NCBI GenBank assembly: GCA_030747485.1
Contig: JASLKP010000005.1
Span: 6,006 to 70,005 of the forward strand
DNA from: Candidatus Thalassarchaeaceae archaeon
Lineage (GTDB): Archaea > Thermoplasmatota > Poseidoniia > Poseidoniales > Thalassarchaeaceae
DNA: 64,000 nucleotides
Direction: 5' to 3'
Below, in pieces: positions 47,428-57,640 of this stretch. A program made the position numbers and the translations under genes. Under the pieces are notes generated by a model. That model was not told where the DNA came from. It did not search any database and saw only the letters and a program-made list of their open reading frames with translations. Numbering within the stretch: position 1 is the stretch's first letter; each line of letters begins with the position of its first letter.

Positions 47428-50400
47428 TCAAATAAAATCATCAAGTGTGAATACCTTGATTCGATCATTATTGAATAATGAATCTACGCTTTGCGCCAAC
47501 CATTCTACACGCTGACGTGTATACAGGTCTACACCGTAGGTATCCATCACATGTCGCATGACTTTGATGTACTTTCGAACCGCACCTTCACTAACTGTGA
47601 GTGCCAAATTACCACCACAAAAATTTGATTCGCCACGAGTACCAAATGACATTCCTTTTTCACCACCCCTCCCTCTTGTCGAAGCCTTAGGATCTATGAT
47701 GCATTTTCCTGCGAGTGGCATACGACGGTACTTTTCGCCGCAGCGCACGCAGCGGAATTTTTGACGCGTGAATGCGATCAAATTGCCACGTAAATCAGGA
47801 AGGAAATGCGACTCTACGACCTGACTGGCAACCCTTCGAACATCTACTGCTCGGAGTATTTGACCGAGATGGAGTTGGCCATTCATTTTGTCTTCCATTG
47901 TTTCTAACGTTTTGTAGGACGAATTGACGGGGCCTGAATCAATACTATCTGAATCATGTGTGAAACCATATCCTCGCATGGCCCCAATGCTTCCCAATCG
48001 ATTTTCAACGATGTCCATTTGTTTGGAAAGTGATTCTGGATGTGGCTGATCTTGTGTCGCATTGTAGAAAGAACTGGGGTACCACCAAGCGGTATCGACA
48101 TTGAGGGCTTCTTTGTCTAGTTCATCGGGTTTCAAACGAGTGGACAATACCAATGGTACATCCATCCTGCCACCTCGACTGCTCGGTAGCAATACTTGGG
48201 AGAAATTCAAAAGACCATCCAATAGAAGCATGAGGGCGTCTTCATCACCATCACAATTGCGACGTTTTGCCGCATGGAATAGTGTGTGCCCATAACCCGC
48301 ACTAGCATTAGACCACCCAATGATTCGAGTGAGAACACCTCCTGAAGTGTGTGGTGCCAATGCAATGCAAAGGTGCCCGATTAAGTCCTGAACTGTTTCA
48401 ACGTTGTAGAATTCTTCCATCTTGTAATAACGAACCAATAATTCATCGACGAATTGGCATGTTCGAATCAAATAATCTGCAGCTAAATGACTGGGGATGA
48501 AATCTTGTGGATACAATTCAAGAATCTGATCTTCTCGCTCAAGTTCGTCACCATCAATATCATGCGTATATCCTAGGTTAACCAATTGACTAACACTCGT
48601 TCCAATGTCTCGAGGGCGGAAATGAGTGATTGGAACATCAATCATATCGTAACGAATAGTACCTGCCTTGAAAGTGGGAAGTTGATGCTTGGCTCTCAAG
48701 ATCCCCTTCTCAAGAGGTTCTGGAGATTGCTGCTTTGAGGTGAGGCCTTTCACGCCTTTGAATTTCTGAGGGATGCGATCAAGTCCTAAATTCCGGCGCT
48801 TGACCTCTAGCAGTCCGACGATGTCGATGGTCTGGTAGATGCCCTTTCGACGTTGGCTAGTACTCATTTTCTCATCAATGGGTTCCGTCTGCCCCCCACA
48901 TTCAACCGGTTCATCTGGAATGGCTCGATGATGACAAATCGTGTAGGGTGTTTTTTTGTCGCATCGCTTACATTTTCGATTACTGATTTGAACTCGATAA
49001 CTCCCCTTATTTGCAGCGGTTGTAATCAATCGCTGAGGGCCACCTTCATTTCCAATCGGGAAGATACAATGTGGTTTCCCCTTCATCTCACGGGGAGCGG
49101 CCTTTTCCGGCCGACCCATACGACAACCTACTCTACAGGGGGCCGCTAATTCCCAGCGTAATGCACTACAATTCCTCACGACCCAAAGGCTGCCATCGAC
49201 CTCATGGTCATCTAACAATTGTTCAGCAGATTTGAGTGCCTCAGAATCTGCAGGACCAGCATCTTCAATGTCTGCAGCGGCAAGATCACCTTCGTCTTCT
49301 GTTTCTGCAATCGTTGCTCCTCGTTGTCGTGCCGCAGTTTCTGCCTCAGTTCGAACGGCGGCACGATTCTCACTCAGTGTGGTTCTTCGGGCACTCTCCT
49401 CTCGAACGACGGTCAGCGCCGAGGCCAATCCTGCCAAGCGTACCTGCACATGTTCCTTCGCATCTGCACGTTGTCTAACCGGTCTGTCTGACGCTTCATG
49501 GTCCTCAAATTCAAGACCGAGGCCTTCAAGGAGTGGTTCCCACCCATGTGTGATGAGAATATCATCACCATCGTGTATGTGAGCCACACCTAGAATCATG
49601 AGAGACGATTTGATGATGCCATGCTCTTGACAGTGGGTCCAGCGTGGCCAATCTCCCTGAATCGATTTTGGCAAGGATTCAATCAAGCCAGGCATCGATT
49701 TTGAGTCCCAATCCTGATCTAAAGCAAGTACAGTTGGTTCGGTTGCAATCCAATTTTTGGCGGCACCGGGAATACGCATCCAAGTGCGCCCTGGCTGAGG
49801 TGTTGTCACAATCCCATCGTCAGAAGATATGGCTGATTCCAGCCGGCCAGAACATAGGGAATCAATGAGATCTGGAATAAATTCGATTGGGAGGTCATGC
49901 CACCAAAGATTCCAAGGAGGCGGAACTGCAGTGAGAAATGTGTTTGATAATTCTACAACTGTGGACCATTCTACAGTCATTCGACGGAGGCGGCGATGCC
50001 AAATTCGTTGACGTTTGTGGGCAGAAATGGAATCATTGTCACCATCAATGAATCCACTTGAAGGAATTCCTTGTGGCAAACGACGACGGGGAGCACCTAG
50101 GATTTCAGCAAACTGTTCAACTTTAGATTCTGAATCTAGAGACTCAAGTAAATCACTAGCAAACCATTCAGGAACGTATCCAGAAGGGACGAGGTTCTTG
50201 TTATTCTCAACAAATTCACCGTAGCCAATCATAATCTCACCATTGTCCCAAATCGAGATGACTTCTGGTTCAACTCGATTCCACATCTCCGTAGATTGTA
50301 TTCGACCATATTGTCCACTGCGTAACAACACAGTAGGGCCATCTAATTCGTCACTGGGTGTGACTGCACAGGCTTTTCCTGGCCGCTCTATTTTCATTTG

Positions 50401-51591
50401 AGTGCCCACTGCAAGAAATCCCCCCATTGCATGCATCGATGCAGGGTTGATACCGGCAGCAGCCAATCCAGAAGTTCGTGGGCGGCCGTATCGTAATCTG
50501 AAACCACCGGGTGTATTGGGTTCACCAAAAACTGGGCGCCCAGCAATGATGTCATCCATGTAACGGTCGATTGTTTTGATACTGCGTGTGGAACTCACTG
50601 ATGCTTCAGCGTCTTTTGATTTTCCTTTTGTCGCAACTTTACTAATGAATTCCCATCCAGGGATTTTCAATCGTTCAGTATGTCTTTGAATTTTAGGTGC
50701 TTTCAAACAAAGACCCTCACCAATGACTAGCATGACACCACCTCGAATTCGGCTTCCTTCGATGTTGCGAACTTCACGATAACCTGCACATTCGATTTTT
50801 TCTGTTTCCTCTCCATTGACCATGACTGGACAGGCACGGACAATCATATCGATTTCTTCTGGAGGAGGGCGATATTGCAAACCGCCACGATACAGTCCAA
50901 ACTCTTCCTTTACTCGTTCAACTTCTGCATCTGTTGGCATATATCTAGCCAATCCTAGTTCTCGTCGAATCATATCTGCAATCAGAACCGCAAGTGCTTG
51001 AGCTGTTCCACCAGCGGCTCGTATTGGACCACAAAAGTCAACGGACACGAATCGAGATCCGTCGAGATTATTCAAGACTTGGATTCTTCCTATTCCTTCC
51101 AATGGAGCGACGAGAACGGCCTCTGTCAAAACGGCCAATCCAACACGCAAACCGGTGTCAATGCTCTTCTGGATATCCCCCGTTTTGTCGTGCATTGCTC
51201 TGGCCACTTTTACGGCCATCTCAATTGAAGATGTTTCTCGGTCTTTTTCTGCGAGCATGATTCGAATATCATCGGCAATTTTGATGCCGTCCAGATAGTC
51301 GACCTCAAGCAATTTTTCGGCTCGGTCCGCTAAATCCTCTGCTCTTGGAATTTCGACAACGTCGCGTAAATCAAGACCCTTTGCACGAGCTTCGGTGGCA
51401 ATACGGTACACTGTTTCACAATTTGTATCCATCCAATCTTGATACCTGTCCAATTCACTCTGTAATCGATTAGAGTCATATGGAGCCACTGCGGAATTGA
51501 CGCTGTCACCAGACATGATATGCACCCCGCCACTGCGAACAACTAGCATAGAACAGTGAGCGTCCAAAAGCATTGGGTGGTGGATTTGCAC
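47428..51591 (-). CDS. polC: DNA polymerase II (PolD) large subunit DP2
   Basis: Extensive match to the DP2 N-terminal region (GPIRAAGGTAQALAVLIAD ... RGGVMLVIGEGL ...) and a C-terminal Zn-finger region (CKRCDKK ... C). The true start is probably the internal Met at about 51516 (MSGDSV...). Confidence 0.9.
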   Translation of the reverse strand: MQIHHPMLLDAHCSMLVVRSGGVHIMSGDSVNSAVAPYDSNRLQSELDRYQDWMDTNCETVYRIATEARAKGLDLRDVVEIPRAEDLADRAEKLLEVDYLDGIKIADDIRIMLAEKDRETSSIEMAVKVARAMHDKTGDIQKSIDTGLRVGLAVLTEAVLVAPLEGIGRIQVLNNLDGSRFVSVDFCGPIRAAGGTAQALAVLIADMIRRELGLARYMPTDAEVERVKEEFGLYRGGLQYRPPPEEIDMIVRACPVMVNGEETEKIECAGYREVRNIEGSRIRGGVMLVIGEGLCLKAPKIQRHTERLKIPGWEFISKVATKGKSKDAEASVSSTRSIKTIDRYMDDIIAGRPVFGEPNTPGGFRLRYGRPRTSGLAAAGINPASMHAMGGFLAVGTQMKIERPGKACAVTPSDELDGPTVLLRSGQYGRIQSTEMWNRVEPEVISIWDNGEIMIGYGEFVENNKNLVPSGYVPEWFASDLLESLDSESKVEQFAEILGAPRRRLPQGIPSSGFIDGDNDSISAHKRQRIWHRRLRRMTVEWSTVVELSNTFLTAVPPPWNLWWHDLPIEFIPDLIDSLCSGRLESAISSDDGIVTTPQPGRTWMRIPGAAKNWIATEPTVLALDQDWDSKSMPGLIESLPKSIQGDWPRWTHCQEHGIIKSSLMILGVAHIHDGDDILITHGWEPLLEGLGLEFEDHEASDRPVRQRADAKEHVQVRLAGLASALTVVREESARRTTLSENRAAVRTEAETAARQRGATIAETEDEGDLAAADIEDAGPADSEALKSAEQLLDDHEVDGSLWVVRNCSALRWELAAPCRVGCRMGRPEKAAPREMKGKPHCIFPIGNEGGPQRLITTAANKGSYRVQISNRKCKRCDKKTPYTICHHRAIPDEPVECGGQTEPIDEKMSTSQRRKGIYQTIDIVGLLEVKRRNLGLDRIPQKFKGVKGLTSKQQSPEPLEKGILRAKHQLPTFKAGTIRYDMIDVPITHFRPRDIGTSVSQLVNLGYTHDIDGDELEREDQILELYPQDFIPSHLAADYLIRTCQFVDELLVRYYKMEEFYNVETVQDLIGHLCIALAPHTSGGVLTRIIGWSNASAGYGHTLFHAAKRRNCDGDEDALMLLLDGLLNFSQVLLPSSRGGRMDVPLVLSTRLKPDELDKEALNVDTAWWYPSSFYNATQDQPHPESLSKQMDIVENRLGSIGAMRGYGFTHDSDSIDSGPVNSSYKTLETMEDKMNGQLHLGQILRAVDVRRVASQVVESHFLPDLRGNLIAFTRQKFRCVRCGEKYRRMPLAGKCIIDPKASTRGRGGEKGMSFGTRGESNFCGGNLALTVSEGAVRKYIKVMRHVMDTYGVDLYTRQRVEWLAQSVDSLFNNDRIKVFTLDDFI

Positions 51592-51627
51592 TTCCTAAGG
51601 AAGTGAACTGTTGCACACCCAAGGTTC

Positions 51628-52251
51628 ATGGAAGGCCACTCCTCACCCAAATCAGGGACAACCATGGCTGACAGTACAAATGTCGATGAGGCACGAGTCA
51701 GACTGACTGAGAATATTCGCGAGTTGGCATATCTTTGTGCGGACACAGAGGAATTTACGCTAGCATCCGGTCGAAAGAGTCGCCATTTTTTTGATACGAA
51801 ACCCGTGATGTGTCATCCAGAATCTGCTCACCTACTAGGGGTCCTAATCCACGATATAATTGACAATATGGATGGTGGAGTAGATGTTGTCGGTGGCCTT
51901 GAACTCGGAGCAGTTCCTCTGACTGGAATAGCCATTGCCAAAGCTGGAATTGGAAGTTCACTGCGTGGATTCATCATGCGCAAAGAACCCAAGGGAAGAG
52001 GTGGTCGGAAAACCGGGAACCCCCCAGGGATTGAAGGTAGTACTCTGATTGAAGGTGATCGTGTGGTTATTCTAGAAGATGTGACGACCACAGGGGGCTC
52101 TGCATTGAAGGCTGTTGAAAGATTACAAGAGATGGGTTGCAAAGTGATTGCTTGCATCAGTATCGTAGACCGAGAAGAAGGGGGTAGTGAAGCATTCACA
52201 GCGGCAGGAATTCCATTAATTCCTCTTACCACCCTCTCAGATTACGCATAG
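51628..52251 (+). CDS. pyrE: Orotate phosphoribosyltransferase
   Basis: VVILEDVTTTGGS PRPP-binding motif. Alternative start at ATG 51664. Confidence 0.85.
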   Translation: MEGHSSPKSGTTMADSTNVDEARVRLTENIRELAYLCADTEEFTLASGRKSRHFFDTKPVMCHPESAHLLGVLIHDIIDNMDGGVDVVGGLELGAVPLTGIAIAKAGIGSSLRGFIMRKEPKGRGGRKTGNPPGIEGSTLIEGDRVVILEDVTTTGGSALKAVERLQEMGCKVIACISIVDREEGGSEAFTAAGIPLIPLTTLSDYA

Positions 52252-52288
52252 TGAACATTGATGTCTGAATGGTCATTCCCGCAATCAG

Positions 52289-52771
52289 GTGCAGGGTGTT
52301 TTTTCGATGAGTGAAGATCAATCTGGTGACGATGTTCTCGATACCACAGTCTCACGATGTATCGACAATCTTCGCAGATGGTTTGGAGATGGGTGGGGAC
52401 AACGAGACTTTGACCTAATTGACGAACTCTTTGCACCTGAATTCCAAGCAGAAGGTGGAGGGGCGGCACGATTAGATCGTCTAGGATACAAAGCCTACTG
52501 TGAAAGCATCATCAAAATGACTCCTGACCTCTCTACCCACGTCGTGGAACTCATTCCTGCAGGTGATATTGTCGTCTCTCGCGTGCGCACCTCTGGCACA
52601 CATTCTGGCGAAGTTCAGGGACATCGACCAACAGGACGAACTTTCGATACAATTGTCACAGATGTTTGGAAGTTTGATGATGATGGACGGATTATTAACA
52701 GAGTAAATGCAGAAATGGACGCTGAATATCTAACCAAGATTTTTGGTAAAACGCCACGATTCAAACCCTGA
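52289..52771 (+). CDS. SnoaL-like/NTF2-fold protein (predicted ester cyclase family)
   Basis: About 155 aa with a pattern (FAPEF ... G ... R ... G..V ... R..G.H.G.) consistent with the SnoaL-like polyketide cyclase fold. Confidence 0.45.
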   Translation: MQGVFSMSEDQSGDDVLDTTVSRCIDNLRRWFGDGWGQRDFDLIDELFAPEFQAEGGGAARLDRLGYKAYCESIIKMTPDLSTHVVELIPAGDIVVSRVRTSGTHSGEVQGHRPTGRTFDTIVTDVWKFDDDGRIINRVNAEMDAEYLTKIFGKTPRFKP

Positions 52772-52817
52772 TTTATTGAGCCACATCCTCAAAGACCTCG
52801 GATAGAAGCGAGGCAAT

Positions 52818-53324
52818 ATGACAAACGTACTCATGAAGACTAGCAAGGGAGATATCACCATCGAACTTTTCACAGATAGTATGCCAATAACAGCCGGAAA
52901 TTTTCTTGAACTTGTAGACAAGGGTTACTACGATGGTCTTCACTTCCATCGAATCATTAGTGGATTCATGCTACAAGGTGGATGCCCTCACAGTCGCGAC
53001 CCCAACAGCCCACGGTGTGGAACTGGGAGCCCAGGGTATTCAATTTCCGATGAACATCTGCAAAGTGCGAGATTCTCAAATGAACCAGGGACATTGAGTA
53101 TGGCCAACTCTGGACCAAACAGTGGAGGGAGTCAATTCTTTGTCAATACAGTACACAATTCATTCCTTGACTGGTGGGATATGAGAACACAAAGTAAGCA
53201 TCCAGTATTCGGCAAGGTTGTAGATGGAATGAATGTAGTCATGGATATTGAAGGCGTACGTACTGGGCAGCAAGACCGCCCAATTGATCCCGTCCAAATT
53301 ATCTCAGTGGCTAGAGTCGGCTGA
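52818..53324 (+). CDS. ppiB: Cyclophilin-type peptidyl-prolyl cis-trans isomerase
   Basis: [13 protein letters not shown] ... [18 protein letters not shown]. Confidence 0.9.
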   Translation: MTNVLMKTSKGDITIELFTDSMPITAGNFLELVDKGYYDGLHFHRIISGFMLQGGCPHSRDPNSPRCGTGSPGYSISDEHLQSARFSNEPGTLSMANSGPNSGGSQFFVNTVHNSFLDWWDMRTQSKHPVFGKVVDGMNVVMDIEGVRTGQQDRPIDPVQIISVARVG

Positions 53325-53384
53325 AATGATGTGTTCCGGACTTTTTTCCGCCGTATTTATTAACTAAATACTATTGGAGAACAC

Positions 53385-54983
53385 ATGGCAAAGCATCGGG
53401 CAGGCGACCGACGAATCATGAGCATCAGCATCCCAGAGGATCTTGCAGCAAGACTAGACAGGAGAGTCGGAAAGGGTCGAAAAGATGGACGTAGTGCGAC
53501 CATTGCCAAGATGATTCAAGATTCGTTAGATGGAAAGAACGATGTGAAATTTACTACAGCGATCGATGCAAAAGTTGCTACGGCGACATCTGGTGAAATG
53601 AGAATTGAAAAGGATACCATGGGCACCCTAGAGGTGCCTGCAGATCGATATTATGGCTGTCAAACGGCCCGTTCCCTCATCAATTTTGACATAGGTGAAG
53701 ATGTGATGCCCCGTGGCGTCATTCGTGCATTCGGCATTCTCAAACAAGCTGCTGCAAAAACGAATAAGCAACTTGGAACATTAGATGCCGAAGTTGCTGA
53801 TTTAATCATCGAGGCATCTGAAGAAGTGATTTCAGGCGCCCTAGATGGGCACTTTCCATTACGAATATGGCAAACTGGTTCAGGCACTCAATCAAACATG
53901 AATACCAACGAAGTCATTGCCAACAGAGCAATTGAGATTGCTGGTGGATCATTGGGATCCAAGTCACCAGTTCATCCCAATGATCATGTCAACAAAGCCC
54001 AATCGTCGAATGATACGTTTCCAACTGCAATGCACATTGCTAGTGCCGAGGAGATTCACCATACCCTATTGCCTCAAGTTCGGCATTTGCGAGATACATT
54101 GGAGTCCAAAGTAAGTGAATTCGCAAGCGTTGTAAAAATTGGCAGAACACACCTCATGGATGCAGTACCACTAACTCTTGGACAAGAATTCAGTGGATAT
54201 GTTGCAATGTTAAATGCAGATTTACGCCGACTAGATTTCATCCTTGACGATCTCTATGAATTGGCATTGGGAGGAACTGCTGTAGGAACCGGACTCAATA
54301 CCCATCCGGATTTCGCCTCGATTGTTGCAGAGCATATTGCAGAGAAAACCAACATATCATTCACATCTGCTGAAAACAAATTCGCGCAACTCGCAGCACA
54401 TGATGCAATTGTTTCTGCAAGTGGTGCACTCAACACATTAGCTGTTAGTCTGATGAAGATCGCCAATGATATCCGATGGCTAGGCTCAGGCCCTCGTTGC
54501 GGCCTAGGCGAATTATCCCTGCCTGCAAATGAACCAGGTTCAAGCATCATGCCTGGGAAGGTGAACCCGACTCAAGCAGAAGCAATGACAATGGTTTGTT
54601 GTCAAGTTATGGGTAATCATACCGCAATCACCATTGGAGGAAGTCAAGGAAATTTTGAACTCAACGTGTACAAGCCAATGATGATTCATAACCTCTTACA
54701 CAGCACTCGAATCTTAGCAGACACATGCAGAGCATTCACAGACAAATGTGTGACTGGGCTAGAAGCAAATGAAGATGTCATTCAAAGACATCTTGAGAAT
54801 TCATTGATGTTGGTCACTGCACTGAACAATCATATCGGTTATGACAAAGCAGCAAAGATTGCAAAAAATGCACATGAAAAAGGAATCACATTACGAGAAT
54901 CGGCACTTGAACTTGAACTCCTTACCAACGAACAATTTGATGCATGGGTAAGACCTGAAGAGATGACCGGCCCTCAAGCCTGA
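53385..54983 (+). CDS. fumC: Class II fumarate hydratase with about 70-aa in-frame N-terminal ribbon-helix-helix-like extension
   Basis: [17 protein letters not shown] signature. The fumarase core begins at [20 protein letters not shown]. The upstream in-frame segment [37 protein letters not shown] has a CopG/RHH pattern. Confidence 0.85.
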   Translation: MAKHRAGDRRIMSISIPEDLAARLDRRVGKGRKDGRSATIAKMIQDSLDGKNDVKFTTAIDAKVATATSGEMRIEKDTMGTLEVPADRYYGCQTARSLINFDIGEDVMPRGVIRAFGILKQAAAKTNKQLGTLDAEVADLIIEASEEVISGALDGHFPLRIWQTGSGTQSNMNTNEVIANRAIEIAGGSLGSKSPVHPNDHVNKAQSSNDTFPTAMHIASAEEIHHTLLPQVRHLRDTLESKVSEFASVVKIGRTHLMDAVPLTLGQEFSGYVAMLNADLRRLDFILDDLYELALGGTAVGTGLNTHPDFASIVAEHIAEKTNISFTSAENKFAQLAAHDAIVSASGALNTLAVSLMKIANDIRWLGSGPRCGLGELSLPANEPGSSIMPGKVNPTQAEAMTMVCCQVMGNHTAITIGGSQGNFELNVYKPMMIHNLLHSTRILADTCRAFTDKCVTGLEANEDVIQRHLENSLMLVTALNNHIGYDKAAKIAKNAHEKGITLRESALELELLTNEQFDAWVRPEEMTGPQA

Positions 54984-55002
54984 ACTGAGAAAATGTACTC
55001 TG

Positions 55003-55021
55003 GCGCTTGCGCGGCGCGCAA
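55003..55021. repeat. Perfect GC-rich palindrome immediately after fumC stop
   Basis: ttgcgcggcgcgcaa (7-bp arms around a central g), embedded in gcgcttgcgcggcgcgcaa. Confidence 0.5.
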
Positions 55022-55079
55022 TCATCAAAAGGTGAATTGGAAGGAAGGCCCCCTGTCCTCATGAGAGGAAGTTGGGAGT

Positions 55080-55126
55080 GCTGGCTGGCGGGTTCGAATC
55101 GAGTAGATCTTTCCCCGCCAGCCAGC
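55080..55126. repeat. Hairpin copy 1: 13-bp perfect stem (gctggctggcggg / cccgccagccagc) with 21-nt loop ttcgaatcgagtagatctttc
   Basis: Read directly from the sequence; all 13 pairs are Watson-Crick. Confidence 0.8.
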
Positions 55127-55410
55127 CTCCGCATCCGTAATCCTTTCACCGTCCGAAAACGGTTTCCAAATTTCGGCCGGTTCGACCAATACTTGCGTAT
55201 CTGTCGTTCCTCAAGACGCCCGATACAGTTGCCTGTTTCGGTTCCTGATGCGTCGTCTAGTATCCGGAGATACCGTTCTATTCATCGGTTCCTAGTTCGG
55301 ATTGCTCCGTTCTAGCGTCTCATAGTGATCTGCGCACCTTTCGATTTGCATCTCACCCCCTAGTTCACTCCATCTTACGATTTTGTTCACCTGGAGAGGG
55401 AGTTGGGAGT

Positions 55411-55457
55411 ACTAGTTGGTGGGTTCGAATCGAGTAGATCTTTCCCCACCAACCAGC
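55411..55457. repeat. Hairpin copy 2: homologous stem (actagttggtggg / cccaccaaccagc) with identical 21-nt loop; two C-G to T-A double compensatory changes relative to copy 1
   Basis: Loop 21/21 identical. Stem positions 4 and 8 (counted from the loop) changed on both strands so pairing is kept; positions 10 and 13 became A-C mismatches. Confidence 0.8.
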
Positions 55458-56440
55458 CTCCGCGTCCAAGACCTTTTCACCGCCCGAAGGCAGTTTCCGG
55501 ATCCCGGTCGGGTTAGCTCAGCGCGGAAGCGCTGGCCTTCCCTCAGAACGCCCAGTACAGTTTCCTGTACTGATTCCCATCGCTTTGTCCAGCGTTCGAA
55601 AACGCCTTCCTCTTCGATGTTCCCGACTTGGATTGCTCCTTCGGATTTCTCCTCGCCGGCGCCCTTGGGTGGTCGCGTCCCTTTCGGTTCGCGCCAAACT
55701 TCAGTTTCACTCCTCCTTTCGGATTCGATCCCCTGAAGCGGAAAGTGACATCTCTGTCACCCCCTCCCCTTCGGATGAGATTGAGGTCTTACGACCCGAC
55801 CTCACCCAGGGGCGGTTTCAACCGAAGTCTCCGCCGTCCCTCGGCAGTTGATCCAGTATTGCTACCTTTTCGACCGCGCACAGGAGTGTGGCCATAGGTC
55901 GTGACAGGTCGGCTTTTCGCGATTGAGTTCTTCAGATTCTGATTGCTCTAGGTCGCTGAGGTCACCTTACGGCTTCCAGTGTTTCCCTTTGCGTTCTTCT
56001 TCCTCGGAAATCAATCACTATTTCCTCCCTGTTCGGTTCCCGCTCTTGCGAGCGACCGTGTCCCTGTGATGTGTACTCAAGCCCAGCTCTCATACACGTT
56101 CACAGATGATCTCCAACATAATGCAAGCACGATGTCTTTGTTCTCCTGTAGGCCTGCGCCTGAGTGACATTACTGCCACGCGCACGCCCCACCTTTCCCA
56201 ATCTAAAGATCGAGTCTAGTGGCCCACTGCCGTTTCCCGATAAGGGTCCCTTGTGGGCTGGGGCCTGCCGGTAATGCTGGGCACTCCGACACCACTTCTC
56301 GGAAGCGGCAAGCATCCCGTGTTCCGGCGCGTTCGATAAACCTTTCGTCGAATTTCGTACTTTTTCGATAGGAAATGAGGGTTAGTGTGATGTTTTTCCA
56401 TTGAAATGGAAATTCGATATTGTTAACTTTTGGACGTTAT

Positions 56441-57628
56441 TTATCCTCGTAATGCTCGAAGTTTTGCCGCCATTACTCGGCGATTGTCATGAGATTCTGT
56501 AGGATCTGATGGCGACTCCAAGCGGCGTGCGAGTAAATCCCCCTGAATGAGATAAAGTGTGCCATCGTCAAAACCAATGGTAAGATGCTCAGAATTGGCT
56601 GTGCAAACATTTGCGCGAAATGATGCTTCAAATCTGGCTTCAGGAGTGCCTTCCATTTCAGATCGAATTTCAACGATGGCAGAGGTTAGGTCCCATGATA
56701 GAATCCAAACGGATGGAGTTCCACAAAGATTTGGACCATCAATAACGTGTTCCACACTACGGCCCTGTGGTGTTTCCATTTGCCATCGAAGATGGCCATC
56801 AAGGTCGTATGCACGAGCCAGTCCCTCCGCACCTCCAAAACCTGCACCTGCAGTGCCAGATTCAATTGTAGAAGCTACGATGAGGCCGTTAGGAGTGCTA
56901 CCCAAACTCTCGATTGATCCTGGTTGCTTCGCGAAGGGACCCTCATCTAGAACCATACCTCCCTCAATACATGTTAGAGATCCATCGGCATGACCAATGA
57001 CGGTATTTGCACGGCCAACCAAACCACATGTTGCTGGAGCATCAGATGGTAAGGGGAACCAATGTAATCCTTCAGAATCTGAACGAATCATTCCACAACG
57101 AGGGCGACCTAATGCCAGATGCGCGACACCATCGCCCCTCATTTCAACCGACCAAGGGCGTTCATTGATTTCATCTTGTTGCAATATTTCACCATTCTCA
57201 TCAAATCTCCAAATGGTAGACTCCATGAAATCATTGACCTCAATATCGAAGACTGATGATGTGGCAATCACATGTTTGCCATCAGGAGTGCACGCAACAA
57301 GATCCGAACTACCTTCTAATTCAGCACTCCAATTAATCGTCCCATCAATAGAATTCAAACAAACCAAATCTCGCCCACAAATAGCATACACATATTCTCC
57401 ACCTCTTGCAAAACCTGAAACGCGGTTACTAGTTTCTGCATTCCAAATTTCTTTGCCTTCAAGATTCCAACAACTAATGTGTCCATCCCAATCTCCTGCA
57501 AGAAGATGGTTGTCATCCAAATGTAATGCACCCACACCTGCAGGCATGGTTCTCTCAAACCACGCCACGTCACTCAAATCACGGAGAGGGGCTTGCTCCA
57601 TCGTTACACTCACACCCCCACTAAGCAA
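56441..57628 (-). CDS. PQQ-like/WD40-like beta-propeller repeat protein
   Basis: Repeated (W/F)xxxxDG blade motifs (GHISCWNLEGKEIWNAE, TINWSAELEG, GHLRWQMETPQG), 395 aa. Confidence 0.55.
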   Translation of the reverse strand: MLSGGVSVTMEQAPLRDLSDVAWFERTMPAGVGALHLDDNHLLAGDWDGHISCWNLEGKEIWNAETSNRVSGFARGGEYVYAICGRDLVCLNSIDGTINWSAELEGSSDLVACTPDGKHVIATSSVFDIEVNDFMESTIWRFDENGEILQQDEINERPWSVEMRGDGVAHLALGRPRCGMIRSDSEGLHWFPLPSDAPATCGLVGRANTVIGHADGSLTCIEGGMVLDEGPFAKQPGSIESLGSTPNGLIVASTIESGTAGAGFGGAEGLARAYDLDGHLRWQMETPQGRSVEHVIDGPNLCGTPSVWILSWDLTSAIVEIRSEMEGTPEARFEASFRANVCTANSEHLTIGFDDGTLYLIQGDLLARRLESPSDPTESHDNRRVMAAKLRALRG

Positions 57629-57640
57629 TGAGAGTTCGCC

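Larger units (their letters stand above)
55066..56400 (+). ncRNA. Candidate structured non-coding RNA locus: GC-rich 1.4-kb ORF-free island with two diverged ~330-nt tandem units
   Basis: No ORF longer than about 100 aa, all of low complexity. GC is visibly higher than the flanking coding DNA. Units start near 55066 and 55396 and are alignable for about 200 nt. The strand assignment is a guess. Confidence 0.3.

Noticed and set aside
49232-49582. 116-aa Ser/Ala-rich ORF (plus neighbouring ORFs) antisense to polD.
   Set aside because: Low-complexity composition, wholly inside the conserved DP2 coding region, no motif or start-site support. Typical antisense noise.
47428-51591. Possible intein in the 1387-aa PolD DP2.
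   Set aside because: Length is within the range of intein-free DP2 proteins with lineage inserts. No Cys/Ser-initiated block ending in HN followed by C/S/T, flanked by contiguous extein homology, was evident; the Zn-finger region looks contiguous.
55500-55580. A tRNA-like 5' segment (gggttagctcagcgcggaagcgct) in the non-coding island.
   Set aside because: It resembles an acceptor/D-arm start, but no anticodon arm, T-arm (GTTCRANYC) or 3' acceptor complement could be folded downstream. The homologous position in unit 1 is unrelated in sequence.
54984-56440. Considered rRNA (5S), SRP RNA, RNase P RNA or a CRISPR array as explanations for the non-coding island.
   Set aside because: The only repeats are two about 330-nt units, not short 25-40-nt repeats with unique spacers. 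There is no RNase P CR-I (GGAAAGUCCGG), no SRP domain-IV-like motif and no 5S signature by eye. It is therefore left as an unclassified candidate structured element.
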